Assembly (NCBI RefSeq): GCF_056746865.1
Contig: NZ_CM163382.1
Length of the DNA stretch: 64,000 nucleotides
Reading direction: 5' to 3' (one strand)
The notes beneath the pieces were generated by a model that did not search any database, had not been told where the DNA came from, and saw only the letters and a list, made by a program, of their open reading frames with translations. A program made the translations under genes and the position numbers. Below are positions 44,840 to 53,968 of the stretch, one piece after another. The first letter of the stretch is position 1, and every line of letters begins with the position of its first letter.

Positions 44840-46405
44840 ATGTCCAGAAAGAGAAAATCCAGGAGCACTATGGAAACCTGTTTTAAGATTCTTCAGCTCA
44901 AGTTCGACAAGAAGCTGACTAACCGTTGTATCGGACTGACGTTACACATCAGCGCCTCAACCGTTTTTGAGGTTCTTGCCCGCTTCAAAGCCTCTTCTCT
45001 GTCATGGCCATTACCTGCTGATATATCCCATGACACGCTGGAGAAACTCATTTTTCCGCCCAAAGACACCTTTGCATCAGAGCTTGTAATGCCTGACATG
45101 TTGTACCTCGATACGGAAATGAGAAAACCAGGTGTGACGCGGCAACTGTTGTGGATGGAATACAAGGCACAGGCGGGTAACAAAGCGATGGGATACTCGC
45201 ACTTCTGCCGTTGCTACCGGGAGTGGAAAAAAACGCGACGTCTCTCCATGCGCCAGGAGCATCGTGCCGGCGAAAAGCTTTTTATCGACTTCTGTGGTCC
45301 TACGGTTCCTGTTATTAATCCGGACACCGGTGAGATACGCCGCGTGGCAATCTTCGTGGCCGTAATGGGGGCGTCCAACTATACCTACGTTGAAGCGTGC
45401 GAAGGTCAGGACATGATGTCATGGTTAAATGCCCACAGCCGTTGCCTGACCTTCCTGGGCGGCGTACCGAAGCTGCTCATCCCCGATAACCTCAGAAGCG
45501 CAGTGAAAAAGGCCGATCGATATGAGCCTGTCATCAACGACAGTTATCAGGCACTGGCTGAGCACTATGGCACGGTTATCATCCCGGCCCGACCACGCAA
45601 ACCTAAAGATAAACCAAAAGCAGAAAACGGCGTCCTCATCGTCGAACGATGGCTTCTTGCCCGCATCCGTAATGAAACCTTCCACACGCTCAGGGCGCTG
45701 AATGCGCGCCTTAGGGAGTTACTGACAGACATGAATAACCGGCCAATGAAGGGGTACGGCAATCAAACCCGTGCAGAACGCTTCCGCATACTGGATGCGC
45801 CAGCACTCTCTCCGCTGCCTCTGGCACCTTATGAATACACGGAATACAAAGCTGTGAAGGTTGGCCCTGACTACCACGTTGAATATGCCCGTCACTGGTA
45901 CTCCGTTCCACACGAACTGGTCGGTCAGCGTCTGTCACTGAAGGCGGGGCAGTCGGTGGTACAGCTCTGGCACAAGGGGCAGTGTGTGGCGCAACATCCG
46001 CGCAGCACACATGAATATAAACACACAACCAATCCGCTTCACATGCCAGAGCGCCACCGGCAGCACGGGACATGGACACCGGAACGCCTGATCGAGCAGG
46101 GAAAACGTACGGGCCCGTCCACAGGCCGGGTGGTTGAATCCATGCTGAAGGCAAAACCCCATCCGGAACTGGCTTATCGTGCAGTTCTGGGGCTGCTGGC
46201 ACTTCAGAAAAAATACGGCCCGGAACGGCTGGAAAAGGCCTGTTACGTTGCCCTGCACTATAACGCCCCTGACAGACGCTTTATCGACAATCTGCTGCGT
46301 CACCATCGGGAGAACCTGGAGCTTCCATTATCCCGCCAGGGCGAACAACATCCGGCATATGCTTCAGAGCATGAAAACCTGCGTGGTCCGGGCTACTACC
46401 ACTGA
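44840..46405 (+). CDS. istA: IS21-family transposase IstA
   Basis: ORF 44759..46405; start placed at MSRKRKS (44840), uncertain. Confidence 0.8.
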   Translation: MSRKRKSRSTMETCFKILQLKFDKKLTNRCIGLTLHISASTVFEVLARFKASSLSWPLPADISHDTLEKLIFPPKDTFASELVMPDMLYLDTEMRKPGVTRQLLWMEYKAQAGNKAMGYSHFCRCYREWKKTRRLSMRQEHRAGEKLFIDFCGPTVPVINPDTGEIRRVAIFVAVMGASNYTYVEACEGQDMMSWLNAHSRCLTFLGGVPKLLIPDNLRSAVKKADRYEPVINDSYQALAEHYGTVIIPARPRKPKDKPKAENGVLIVERWLLARIRNETFHTLRALNARLRELLTDMNNRPMKGYGNQTRAERFRILDAPALSPLPLAPYEYTEYKAVKVGPDYHVEYARHWYSVPHELVGQRLSLKAGQSVVQLWHKGQCVAQHPRSTHEYKHTTNPLHMPERHRQHGTWTPERLIEQGKRTGPSTGRVVESMLKAKPHPELAYRAVLGLLALQKKYGPERLEKACYVALHYNAPDRRFIDNLLRHHRENLELPLSRQGEQHPAYASEHENLRGPGYYH

Positions 46406-46421
46406 CAGAAGGAACAACAGT

Positions 46422-47177
46422 ATGAGTGATAACCTGTTAAACAAACTGACCCAACTGAAACTCCCGGCGATGGCCGGGAGCCTGATACGGCAGCGGGAAA
46501 CGCCTCAGACCTACGACGAACTGTCGTTCGAGGAAAGGCTGACGCTGCTGGTTGATGACGAGCTTCTGAGCAGGGAAAACAGCCGTGTGGCACGGTTGAG
46601 AAAAAATGCCGGCCTGAAATACCAGGCAACACCGGAAGGGCTGCGCTATCCGGCCTCAAGAGGTCTGCGGGCTGAACAGATGAGAGAACTGCTGAACGGC
46701 CACTACATAACCCACAGGAAAAACCTGCTGATAACCGGTCCGACAGGATGTGGCAAGAGCTGGATAGCCAATGCGCTGGGCGAACAGGCATGTCGACAGA
46801 AACACAGCGTCCGGTACTGTAGAACCGGGCGATTACTGGAACAACTGGCTCAGGGACGTGTTGATGGCAGCTGGCTGAAATATCTGAAACAGTTGCAAAA
46901 AATACAGGTTCTAATCCTGGACGATCTGGGGCTGGAACAGTTAAGTAACGCCCAGTGTAATGACCTTCTGGAGCTCATAGAGGATCGTTACGGACAAAGC
47001 AGCACGATAGTGGTAAGCCAGTTCCCGGTAGATAAATGGCATGGTCTGATGGAGAACCCAACAACAGCAGATGCCATCCTGGACAGACTGGTACATAACT
47101 CACACCGGGTGGTCCTTCAGGGAGAGTCACTGAGGAAAAATCCCCCGGTAGTGGAAAGCAGCGAAAAAACGCGTTAA
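46422..47177 (+). CDS. istB: IS21-family ATP-binding helper IstB
   Basis: start ATG 46422 (MSDNLLNKL); Walker A GPTGCGKS; DExx-like LILDDLG. Confidence 0.85.
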   Translation: MSDNLLNKLTQLKLPAMAGSLIRQRETPQTYDELSFEERLTLLVDDELLSRENSRVARLRKNAGLKYQATPEGLRYPASRGLRAEQMRELLNGHYITHRKNLLITGPTGCGKSWIANALGEQACRQKHSVRYCRTGRLLEQLAQGRVDGSWLKYLKQLQKIQVLILDDLGLEQLSNAQCNDLLELIEDRYGQSSTIVVSQFPVDKWHGLMENPTTADAILDRLVHNSHRVVLQGESLRKNPPVVESSEKTR

Positions 47178-48038
47178 AAAGCGGTAGAAAAAGTTAAGTT
47201 CCCGGTTGATCGAATGGATGCGAATCGCTGATCGGACTTCGATGCCAATCCGTGATCGAATAGAGCGGAATACGCATCCGTCTGAATGGCCATGGTCACA
47301 GCATGGTTATCACTGACCTGCCCGGGGTGGGCGAGAGCCGGGACAGGGATGCAGAGTATGAAGCCCTGTACCGTGACATTCTGCTCGAACTGGACCTGGT
47401 ACTGTGGCTGATTAAAGCCGATGACCGTGCCCTGTCTGTGGATGAGTATTTCTGGCGACACATCCTGCACCGGGGACATCAGCGGGTACTGTTTGTGGTG
47501 ATGCAGGCCGATAAAACGGAGCCCTGCCATGAATGGGATATGGCCGGTATTCAGCCTTCTCCCGCACAGGCACAGAACATTCGCGAAAAAACGGAGGCGG
47601 TATTCCGTCTGTTCCGGCCCGTACATCGGGTTGTTGCCGTATCGGCCCGCACCGGCTGGGAACTGGATACGCTGGTCAGTGCGCTCATGACAGCACTTCC
47701 CGACCATGCCGCCAGTCCCCTGATGACCCGCCTGCAGGACGAGCTGCGCACGGAGTCTGTCCGGTCTCAGGCCCGTGAACAGTTTACCGGTGCGGTGGAC
47801 CGGATATTTGACACGGCGGAGAGCGTCTGCATTGCCTCTGTTGCACGCACGGTTCTGCGCGCCGTCCGTGACTCGGTGGTCTCTGTTGCCCGCGCGGTAT
47901 GGAACTGGATTTTCTTCTGAACCCGGTGGTGATGTACCAGGCTGTTGTTACAGATTTTTAACTCCATGAAAACACTATGCAAACGCAGCCATACCCGGGT
48001 TGTCCCCTTGCGTTGTGTTTCTCAAGTTAATAGAATAC

Positions 48039-48080
48039 ATCGATCGTTACTATCATATCGATCGTTATAAACGATCGTTT
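48039..48080 (+). promoter_or_regulatory. three operator-like repeats with palindromic CGATCG cores upstream of the dynamin-like gene
   Basis: ATCGATCGTTA at 48039 and 48057, AACGATCGTTT at 48070; AGGAAGG RBS at 48124..48130. Confidence 0.45.
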
Positions 48081-48137
48081 GTAGTAAATGACCTCCTCCG
48101 TGGTTGTCATGAAAATGCGTCTTAGGAAGGTTAAATA

Positions 48138-50534
48138 ATGCACGAAAAGAACATCGCCCTGCTTTGTGATGAAGCCGACCGACTTTTGCAACTGAACATT
48201 AATCTGCTCCGGCAAATGGTTGAGGAGCCAGATGTGTTATCTGACAGTAAGAACGAAAACAGACTGCTTTTTGATAAACAGAAAGCACTGAAAAGAATTG
48301 AGGAGCTGGAGGGCGAACAAATCAAAACCGCCCGCAGGGAGATGGTGCTGGCTGTTGTCGGCACGATGAAAGCAGGCAAATCAACCACCATCAACGCCAT
48401 TGTGGGGCAGGAAATTCTGCCTAACCGTAACCGCCCCATGACCTCTGTACCGACGCTCATCCGCCACGTTCCCGGAAAAACTGAGCCGGTTCTCCATCTG
48501 GAACATATTCAGCCTGTCCGCAATTTATTAATCACACTGCAGGAAAAACTCGCCACCCCGGCAGGACAGCAGGTCGCACAGACCCTGCAGCAAACCGGGG
48601 ATACCCGCGAACTGCTGGATATTCTGACGGATGATGGCTGGCTCAAAAATGAATACCACGGGGAGGAGGAAATCTTTACCGGACTGGCATCGTTAAACGA
48701 TCTGGTTCGTCTTGCTGCGGCAATGGGGACTGAATTTCCTTTTGATGAATACGCAGAAGTGCAGAAACTGCCGGTGATCGACGTGGAATTCAGCCATCTG
48801 GTGGGGATGGATGCATGCCAGGGAACACTCACACTGCTGGATACCCCCGGCCCTAATGAGGCCGGACAACCGCAGATGGAAGTGATGATGCGGGATCAAC
48901 TGCAGAAAGCCTCTGCGGTTCTGGCTGTGATGGATTACACCCAGATGAACTCAAAAGCGGATGAAGACGTCCGTAAAGAGCTTAATGCCATTGCTGACGT
49001 ATCAGCCGGCCGCCTGTTTGTACTGGTCAATAAATTTGATGAGAAAGACCGCAATGGCGATGGGGCAGATGCCGTACGCCAGAAAGTTCCGGCAATGCTG
49101 AACAGCGATGTGCTGCCCGCCTCCCGCGTTTATCCCGGATCCTCACGCCAGGCATACCTGGCTAACCGTGCGCTTCATGAGTTACGGAAAAACGGAACCC
49201 TTCCTGTTGATGAAGCCTGGGTCGATGATTTTATCAGAGGTGCCTTCGGTTGCATGAAAAAAGAATACGTCTGTAAAGACAGTGAACTGGCAACTGAAGG
49301 GGCGACAGACCTGTGGGAAGGCTCACTTATCGATCAACTGATAACGGAAGTCATACAGAGCTCACATTCCAGAGCTGCGGCACTGGCGGTTGACTCTGCC
49401 GCCGCAAAACTGATGCAGAATGCAGAAAATATCAGTGAATACCTGTTGTTACGCCATCAGGGGCTACAGCAAAGCATTCAGTCACTGCAGTCGCATATCA
49501 CCAGCCTGCTTGCGGATATCCGGGAAATCGCGGACTGTCAGGAGCAGATGACCACTGATGTCAGAATGGCCATGGAGGAGATCGATACTAAAACCCGGGA
49601 ATTACTGACGGGGGTCTGCACCTCACTGGAAGAGGAGCTGAATGACTATTTCAGAAGCGGTAAACGCAAAGAACAGCAAATGCTGGAGGAAGAAGACGCA
49701 GAACAACGAAGGTCTCAGTCCGGATTATGGGGGAAAATTTCTCAATGGTCCGGTATCAACAACCAGGGCCGGGAGGATTACAGGAAACGAGATTTTGCCC
49801 CGGACAGCCCCGAAATAAAATTCAGTGATCGCAGGGAAGCCCTTGAACTGATGACGCAAATCGAATCGACCGTGACCAGCCTGCACCGTGAGGCTGAAGC
49901 ACAGTTCCGGCCTGAGCTGGAGAAAATCGTCAGCGGGATTGAAACAGGTTTTCGTGGCACGGCCCTGTACGCCACAGAAAACATTGCCGGTCGCATCAAT
50001 GCCCGCCTGGAGGATGAGGGCTTTACCGTAAAAATCAGTTTTCCGGCAGTCAGCCAGTTACAGACCCGGCTCGCGGTAAAAATAAATCTGAGTGCGCTTA
50101 TGGAGGAAAGAACGGAGACCGTCACCCGTCGCCGTCGGCAGAGTGGCGTATGGGGAACCGTTTGTCGATGGTTTGGCACCAGTGACCTGGGCTGGGAAAA
50201 CTATGACGAGGATGTGAGTCGCAGCGTGATCAATATCAACAAGGTCAGAGAGGAAGTTATGTCACTGACCCGGGCATATTTCGGGGAGCTGCAGGCATCC
50301 ATTGAGCAGGATATTAACCAGCCCGTCCGCCAGGAAATCGATGCCTTTTTCTGCGCATTCAGGGAGAAAGTTGAACAACTGCGTAACACGCTGATTCAGA
50401 GCTCTGAAGATCATAAACGCGATCAGCAGGCGCAGGAACGGCTTACCGGGCGACTTCAGGCATTAAATGAAAGGGTTCCTGAGCTCATTACTGACAGTAA
50501 GGCGCTGAGGGAAGAGCTGGAGACAATGCTGTGA
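48138..50534 (+). CDS. dynamin-like GTPase (bacterial dynamin-like protein)
   Basis: 798 aa; G1 GTMKAGKSTTINAIVG, G3 LLDTPGPNE, G4 VLVNKFD; long helical C-terminal half. Confidence 0.85.
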   Translation: MHEKNIALLCDEADRLLQLNINLLRQMVEEPDVLSDSKNENRLLFDKQKALKRIEELEGEQIKTARREMVLAVVGTMKAGKSTTINAIVGQEILPNRNRPMTSVPTLIRHVPGKTEPVLHLEHIQPVRNLLITLQEKLATPAGQQVAQTLQQTGDTRELLDILTDDGWLKNEYHGEEEIFTGLASLNDLVRLAAAMGTEFPFDEYAEVQKLPVIDVEFSHLVGMDACQGTLTLLDTPGPNEAGQPQMEVMMRDQLQKASAVLAVMDYTQMNSKADEDVRKELNAIADVSAGRLFVLVNKFDEKDRNGDGADAVRQKVPAMLNSDVLPASRVYPGSSRQAYLANRALHELRKNGTLPVDEAWVDDFIRGAFGCMKKEYVCKDSELATEGATDLWEGSLIDQLITEVIQSSHSRAAALAVDSAAAKLMQNAENISEYLLLRHQGLQQSIQSLQSHITSLLADIREIADCQEQMTTDVRMAMEEIDTKTRELLTGVCTSLEEELNDYFRSGKRKEQQMLEEEDAEQRRSQSGLWGKISQWSGINNQGREDYRKRDFAPDSPEIKFSDRREALELMTQIESTVTSLHREAEAQFRPELEKIVSGIETGFRGTALYATENIAGRINARLEDEGFTVKISFPAVSQLQTRLAVKINLSALMEERTETVTRRRRQSGVWGTVCRWFGTSDLGWENYDEDVSRSVININKVREEVMSLTRAYFGELQASIEQDINQPVRQEIDAFFCAFREKVEQLRNTLIQSSEDHKRDQQAQERLTGRLQALNERVPELITDSKALREELETML

Positions 50535-51436
50535 CTTCACCATTTATTCAACAAATTGCTGATAACCGGGTATGTCAGGTACTCACCTGTCTTCCTGAAA
50601 AATTTGTGGTTGATTTCGCAAACGGAATCGATGTTGCACAGGAGCATATCCGCACGGCCGGAGAGCGCACGTTCTTCCGGCGTTTAAAAGAGGGGCTGAC
50701 CGGCGAAGGCGCTGCACGGCAGAATGCCATCAATGCGTCGCTTGCACAGGGCGTTGAGGCGTCCCTGCGCTGGCTGACGGAGATGACAACGTCACTTGCC
50801 ACCACAAACTACGCGATTACCCGGGTAAACGACAGGGTCAGTTCACTGGTCAGTGATACAGCCAGGCTGGCGCATTATTCCGCAGATACGCGGGAGCAGT
50901 TACTCACCCTGGCCGATCAGGTTCACCATAAACTGAATCATCTTGAAGAAAAACTCCACCGTGTTGACCAGGTTCAGCGGGCGCAGTTACATCTTGAGCA
51001 GATATTCTCATGGTGGAGCGCCGGGCGATATGCGTCATTTTCCCCTGCCGGACGTTGTTATGTGGCACTTGAAGAGCTTCGCTGGGGCGCGTTTGGTGAT
51101 GTGATACGTCAGAGCGAAACAGGCCAGGTTAACCAGCTACTGGATATTCTCAGACATAAAGCATTAACGCAGATGGCACAGGAGAGTGGCGGTAGTGCAA
51201 CCGTGCGTCTGAACACTCTGGACTGGCTTGGTGGTCAGGGCCGGGAGCAGGCAGATAACGAGTGGCATGACGCGATTAACTGGCTGGGAGACTGGTGCAG
51301 TGAAGAGCAGCATCCGGTGATCTGGTCAACCACGCAGGCTGCAGAACACTTACCGGTTCGCATGCCTCGCCTCTGCTCTGCAGAACGCCTCTCTGAAAGT
51401 ATGGTCGATGAAATATTTCAGAAGGGGGCTGCATGA
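50531..51436 (+). CDS. hypothetical helical protein translationally coupled to the dynamin-like GTPase
   Basis: 301 aa; GTG start overlaps upstream TGA (GTGA at 50531..50534); no recognised motif. Confidence 0.65.
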   Translation: MTSPFIQQIADNRVCQVLTCLPEKFVVDFANGIDVAQEHIRTAGERTFFRRLKEGLTGEGAARQNAINASLAQGVEASLRWLTEMTTSLATTNYAITRVNDRVSSLVSDTARLAHYSADTREQLLTLADQVHHKLNHLEEKLHRVDQVQRAQLHLEQIFSWWSAGRYASFSPAGRCYVALEELRWGAFGDVIRQSETGQVNQLLDILRHKALTQMAQESGGSATVRLNTLDWLGGQGREQADNEWHDAINWLGDWCSEEQHPVIWSTTQAAEHLPVRMPRLCSAERLSESMVDEIFQKGAA

Positions 51437-52503
51437 GTACAGAAATGAAAACGGGGCTGGTGCTGTCCGGTGGCGGGGCGGTGGGCGCTTATCAGGCGGG
51501 AGTGGTTAAGGCACTGGCAGAGTGTGGTACACAGATCAGCATGGTTTCAGGGGCCAGCATTGGCGCATTCAATGGTGCCATTATCGCGGCCTCTCCCGAT
51601 CTGTCAGAAGCTGCCGTACGCCTGGAGGCGCTCTGGGATCATCTGGGGAATAATCAGGTGCTGTCGGTAAACAGATTGGTTTACTTTTCATTGCTGAAAA
51701 AATTGTTCCAGGCAATGAACCTCTGCCAGATCCCCGGACGTGCAGGAGCACTGCTTACGACGCTTCTTCGCCATATATCGACAATCAACGGGTTTGACAA
51801 TCTGATGGCTCAGCCGTTGTTGTCAGATGAGCCCCTGACAGCGCTGATGGATCATTATCTTGATACTGATGCTCTGGCAGACGGGCTACCGCTGTATGTG
51901 TCGCTGTACCCCACAGAAGGGGGCATGCAGGATATTATTGACTGCATTCGTGCTGAACTGGGTGTCGGAACCACGAAAAACGCCGTTTTTCAGCATATCC
52001 AGAGCCTGCCCCGCGGACAGCAGAAAGAGGCTCTGCTTGCGTCAGCCGCGCTGCCCCTGCTGTTCCGTCCCCGTGAGGTTCAGGGGACAATGTTCGGTGA
52101 TGGTGGTATGGGAGGATGGCGAAATATGCAGGGAAATACCCCTGTGACGCCTCTGGTCGATGCCGGATGCAATATGGTGATTGTGACGCATCTGAGTGAG
52201 GGTTCTTTATGGGATCGCCAGGCTTTTCCGGACACCACAATCCTTGAGATCCGTCCCCGGAAAAGGCTGAAATATGCAGGTGATGGTGGCAACAGCGGCG
52301 GTCTGCTCAGTTTTACATCGGCACATACCGACGCCTGGCGTCAGCAGGGCTATGAAGACACGATGCTGGCGATGGAGCATATCCGGAAACCGCTGGCAGC
52401 ACGTCAGGCACTGACCCGGTCAGAGGCGGTATTGCAGAAAAGCCTGGATATAACGGAAGAGGCAGATTTGGCACTGAGAAACGCGATGGCCCGGATTAAA
52501 TAA
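51433..52503 (+). CDS. patatin-like phospholipase
   Basis: 356 aa; GGGAVGAYQAG oxyanion motif, GASIGA (GxSxG) nucleophile, DGG catalytic Asp; ATGA overlap with the upstream gene. Confidence 0.85.
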   Translation: MSTEMKTGLVLSGGGAVGAYQAGVVKALAECGTQISMVSGASIGAFNGAIIAASPDLSEAAVRLEALWDHLGNNQVLSVNRLVYFSLLKKLFQAMNLCQIPGRAGALLTTLLRHISTINGFDNLMAQPLLSDEPLTALMDHYLDTDALADGLPLYVSLYPTEGGMQDIIDCIRAELGVGTTKNAVFQHIQSLPRGQQKEALLASAALPLLFRPREVQGTMFGDGGMGGWRNMQGNTPVTPLVDAGCNMVIVTHLSEGSLWDRQAFPDTTILEIRPRKRLKYAGDGGNSGGLLSFTSAHTDAWRQQGYEDTMLAMEHIRKPLAARQALTRSEAVLQKSLDITEEADLALRNAMARIK

Positions 52504-52833
52504 AGACGCCCCAAAGAAACGCCACCGCCTGTGGTGGTGTTTTTCCTGTCTGGTGTTATTGAAAATATTTTCATATATATATTACCTGAGAGAAAGTTTT
52601 ACCCCTCACCTGTCAATTCACTCACTGGAAATTTAATTATGAAATTACCTGTAAAGTTATTAATGAGCCTTATATCTCTGGTCAGCGTTATTGCACGTGC
52701 CGGGGAATATAAAAATTACAGCCGGGATGAAATAAAATACTGGCGATATACATCATACAAGGGGGGGAAACTTCCGGAAGGTTTCACTGATGAGAAATTT
52801 TCCAGCGCCATTTACAACGGAAGAATATTTACA

Positions 52834-53322
52834 ATGAAACGTTTACATACCCTTATGTTATTTCTGGCGGTTCTGTTCACGGGCTTTAACTTTAACGCAG
52901 AAGCGGCTACCGTAAAACAAGCTCTTAGTTGTAACCCGGAAGCCTGGGCTGAACAACCTGGAGCGTGTCCATCAACGTACGAGTTGTACGAAGGTGACGC
53001 TACCTACAAAGCCGCTATCGACAAAGCATTAAAACCGGTCGGACTGAGCGGCATGTTCGGTAAAGGCGGCTATATGGATGGCCCTGGTGGAGGTATCACG
53101 CCAGTAAACATTAACGGTACAGTCTGGTTCCAGGGCGACGGTTGCAAAGCCAATACCTGCGGCTGGGACTTTATCGTAACACTCTATAACCCAAAAACCC
53201 ATGAAGTTGTTGGCTACCGTTACTTTGGTTTAGATGACCCGGCCTACCTGGTTTGGTTCGGTGAAATTGGCGTGCATGAATTCGCGTATCTGGTGAAAAA
53301 CTACGTAGCTGCGGTTAACTAA
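52834..53322 (+). CDS. periplasmic protein, possibly Ivy-like (lysozyme-inhibitor family)
   Basis: signal peptide MKRLHTLMLFLAVLFTGFNFNAEA; GCKANTCGWDF resembles the Ivy CKPHDCG loop; same frame stays open upstream to 52531. Confidence 0.45.
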   Translation: MKRLHTLMLFLAVLFTGFNFNAEAATVKQALSCNPEAWAEQPGACPSTYELYEGDATYKAAIDKALKPVGLSGMFGKGGYMDGPGGGITPVNINGTVWFQGDGCKANTCGWDFIVTLYNPKTHEVVGYRYFGLDDPAYLVWFGEIGVHEFAYLVKNYVAAVN

Positions 53323-53337
53323 TTTAAGGAGTCTATC

Positions 53338-53748
53338 ATGAAAACTTTTATCAAAACTTTACTCGTTGCTGTAACTATTCTGTTCTCTGTCTTCGCTACT
53401 GCGAAACAAGTAAAACTGCCAAATAACATCAAATACGTTAATACTACAGAAGCGTTTTCCTGTACCGAAATTGACGGTATGAATTGCCAGACAAAGAATC
53501 AGTTCAACTATAAAGATAACAGCTATGTTTTCGTGCTTGAACGTGGTGGTGCCTGGTGCTACGACTACACTGTCTCGGTAGTTAACCTGAAAACCGGGAA
53601 AGCACAAATGATTGAATACGGGGACAATCAACTGTGCTCAGGTAGCAACAAACCGTTCTTCGAAATCAAAAATGGCGTACCGACGGTAGGAGTCATCGAC
53701 ACATCCGGAAAACCTGTCGTTGTAGCCCAGGACAAACTTAAAATCTAA
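53338..53748 (+). CDS. small exported hypothetical protein
   Basis: 136 aa with N-terminal signal peptide and four Cys. Confidence 0.55.
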   Translation: MKTFIKTLLVAVTILFSVFATAKQVKLPNNIKYVNTTEAFSCTEIDGMNCQTKNQFNYKDNSYVFVLERGGAWCYDYTVSVVNLKTGKAQMIEYGDNQLCSGSNKPFFEIKNGVPTVGVIDTSGKPVVVAQDKLKI

Positions 53749-53968
53749 GGAGTAAACCATGCGTTTCTCTGCACATTATTAATATCAAAGGTAAATACAG
53801 CCCCAGCCATTGTTACCGGAAAGCCGCTTAATGCGTGGCTCGCCAGTGAAAGGCCTCTCAGACAATAAACCTTATTCATTTCACCCGTCAGGCCGCGTCT
53901 TCTCCGGGAGACGCGGCTTTTTTCATTTATTGCACCAGTAAATCTTAACCACCGATAAGGAGCAAAGT

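Larger units (their letters stand above)
44638..47276 (+). mobile_element. IS21-family insertion sequence (about 2.64 kb) with 7-bp target duplication TCCGTCT
   Basis: TCCGTCT at 44631..44637 and 47277..47283; TG...CA termini; multiple TTTGGCAT / ATGCCAA terminal repeats; istA-istB gene pair. Confidence 0.8.
44402..47920 (+). pseudogene. yeeP: YeeP/YkfA-family P-loop GTPase gene interrupted by an IS21-family element
   Basis: 5' part 44402..44637 (MNPSDAIEAIEK...GKSGAGKSSLCNALF...REVQRFRL); 3' part 47284..47920 (GHGHSMVITDLPGVGES...WNWIFF). Confidence 0.8.

Noticed and set aside
45711-46306. Minus-strand ORFs of 163 and 123 aa inside istA
   Set aside because: Antisense to the IS21 transposase gene in a GC-rich region; shadow ORFs.
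48138-50534. Assigning the dynamin-like gene to the Eleos (LeoA/LeoBC) defence system
   Set aside because: The partner genes here are a 301-aa helical protein and a patatin-like lipase, not a second dynamin-like LeoBC; I cannot verify homology without a search, so the assignment is not asserted.
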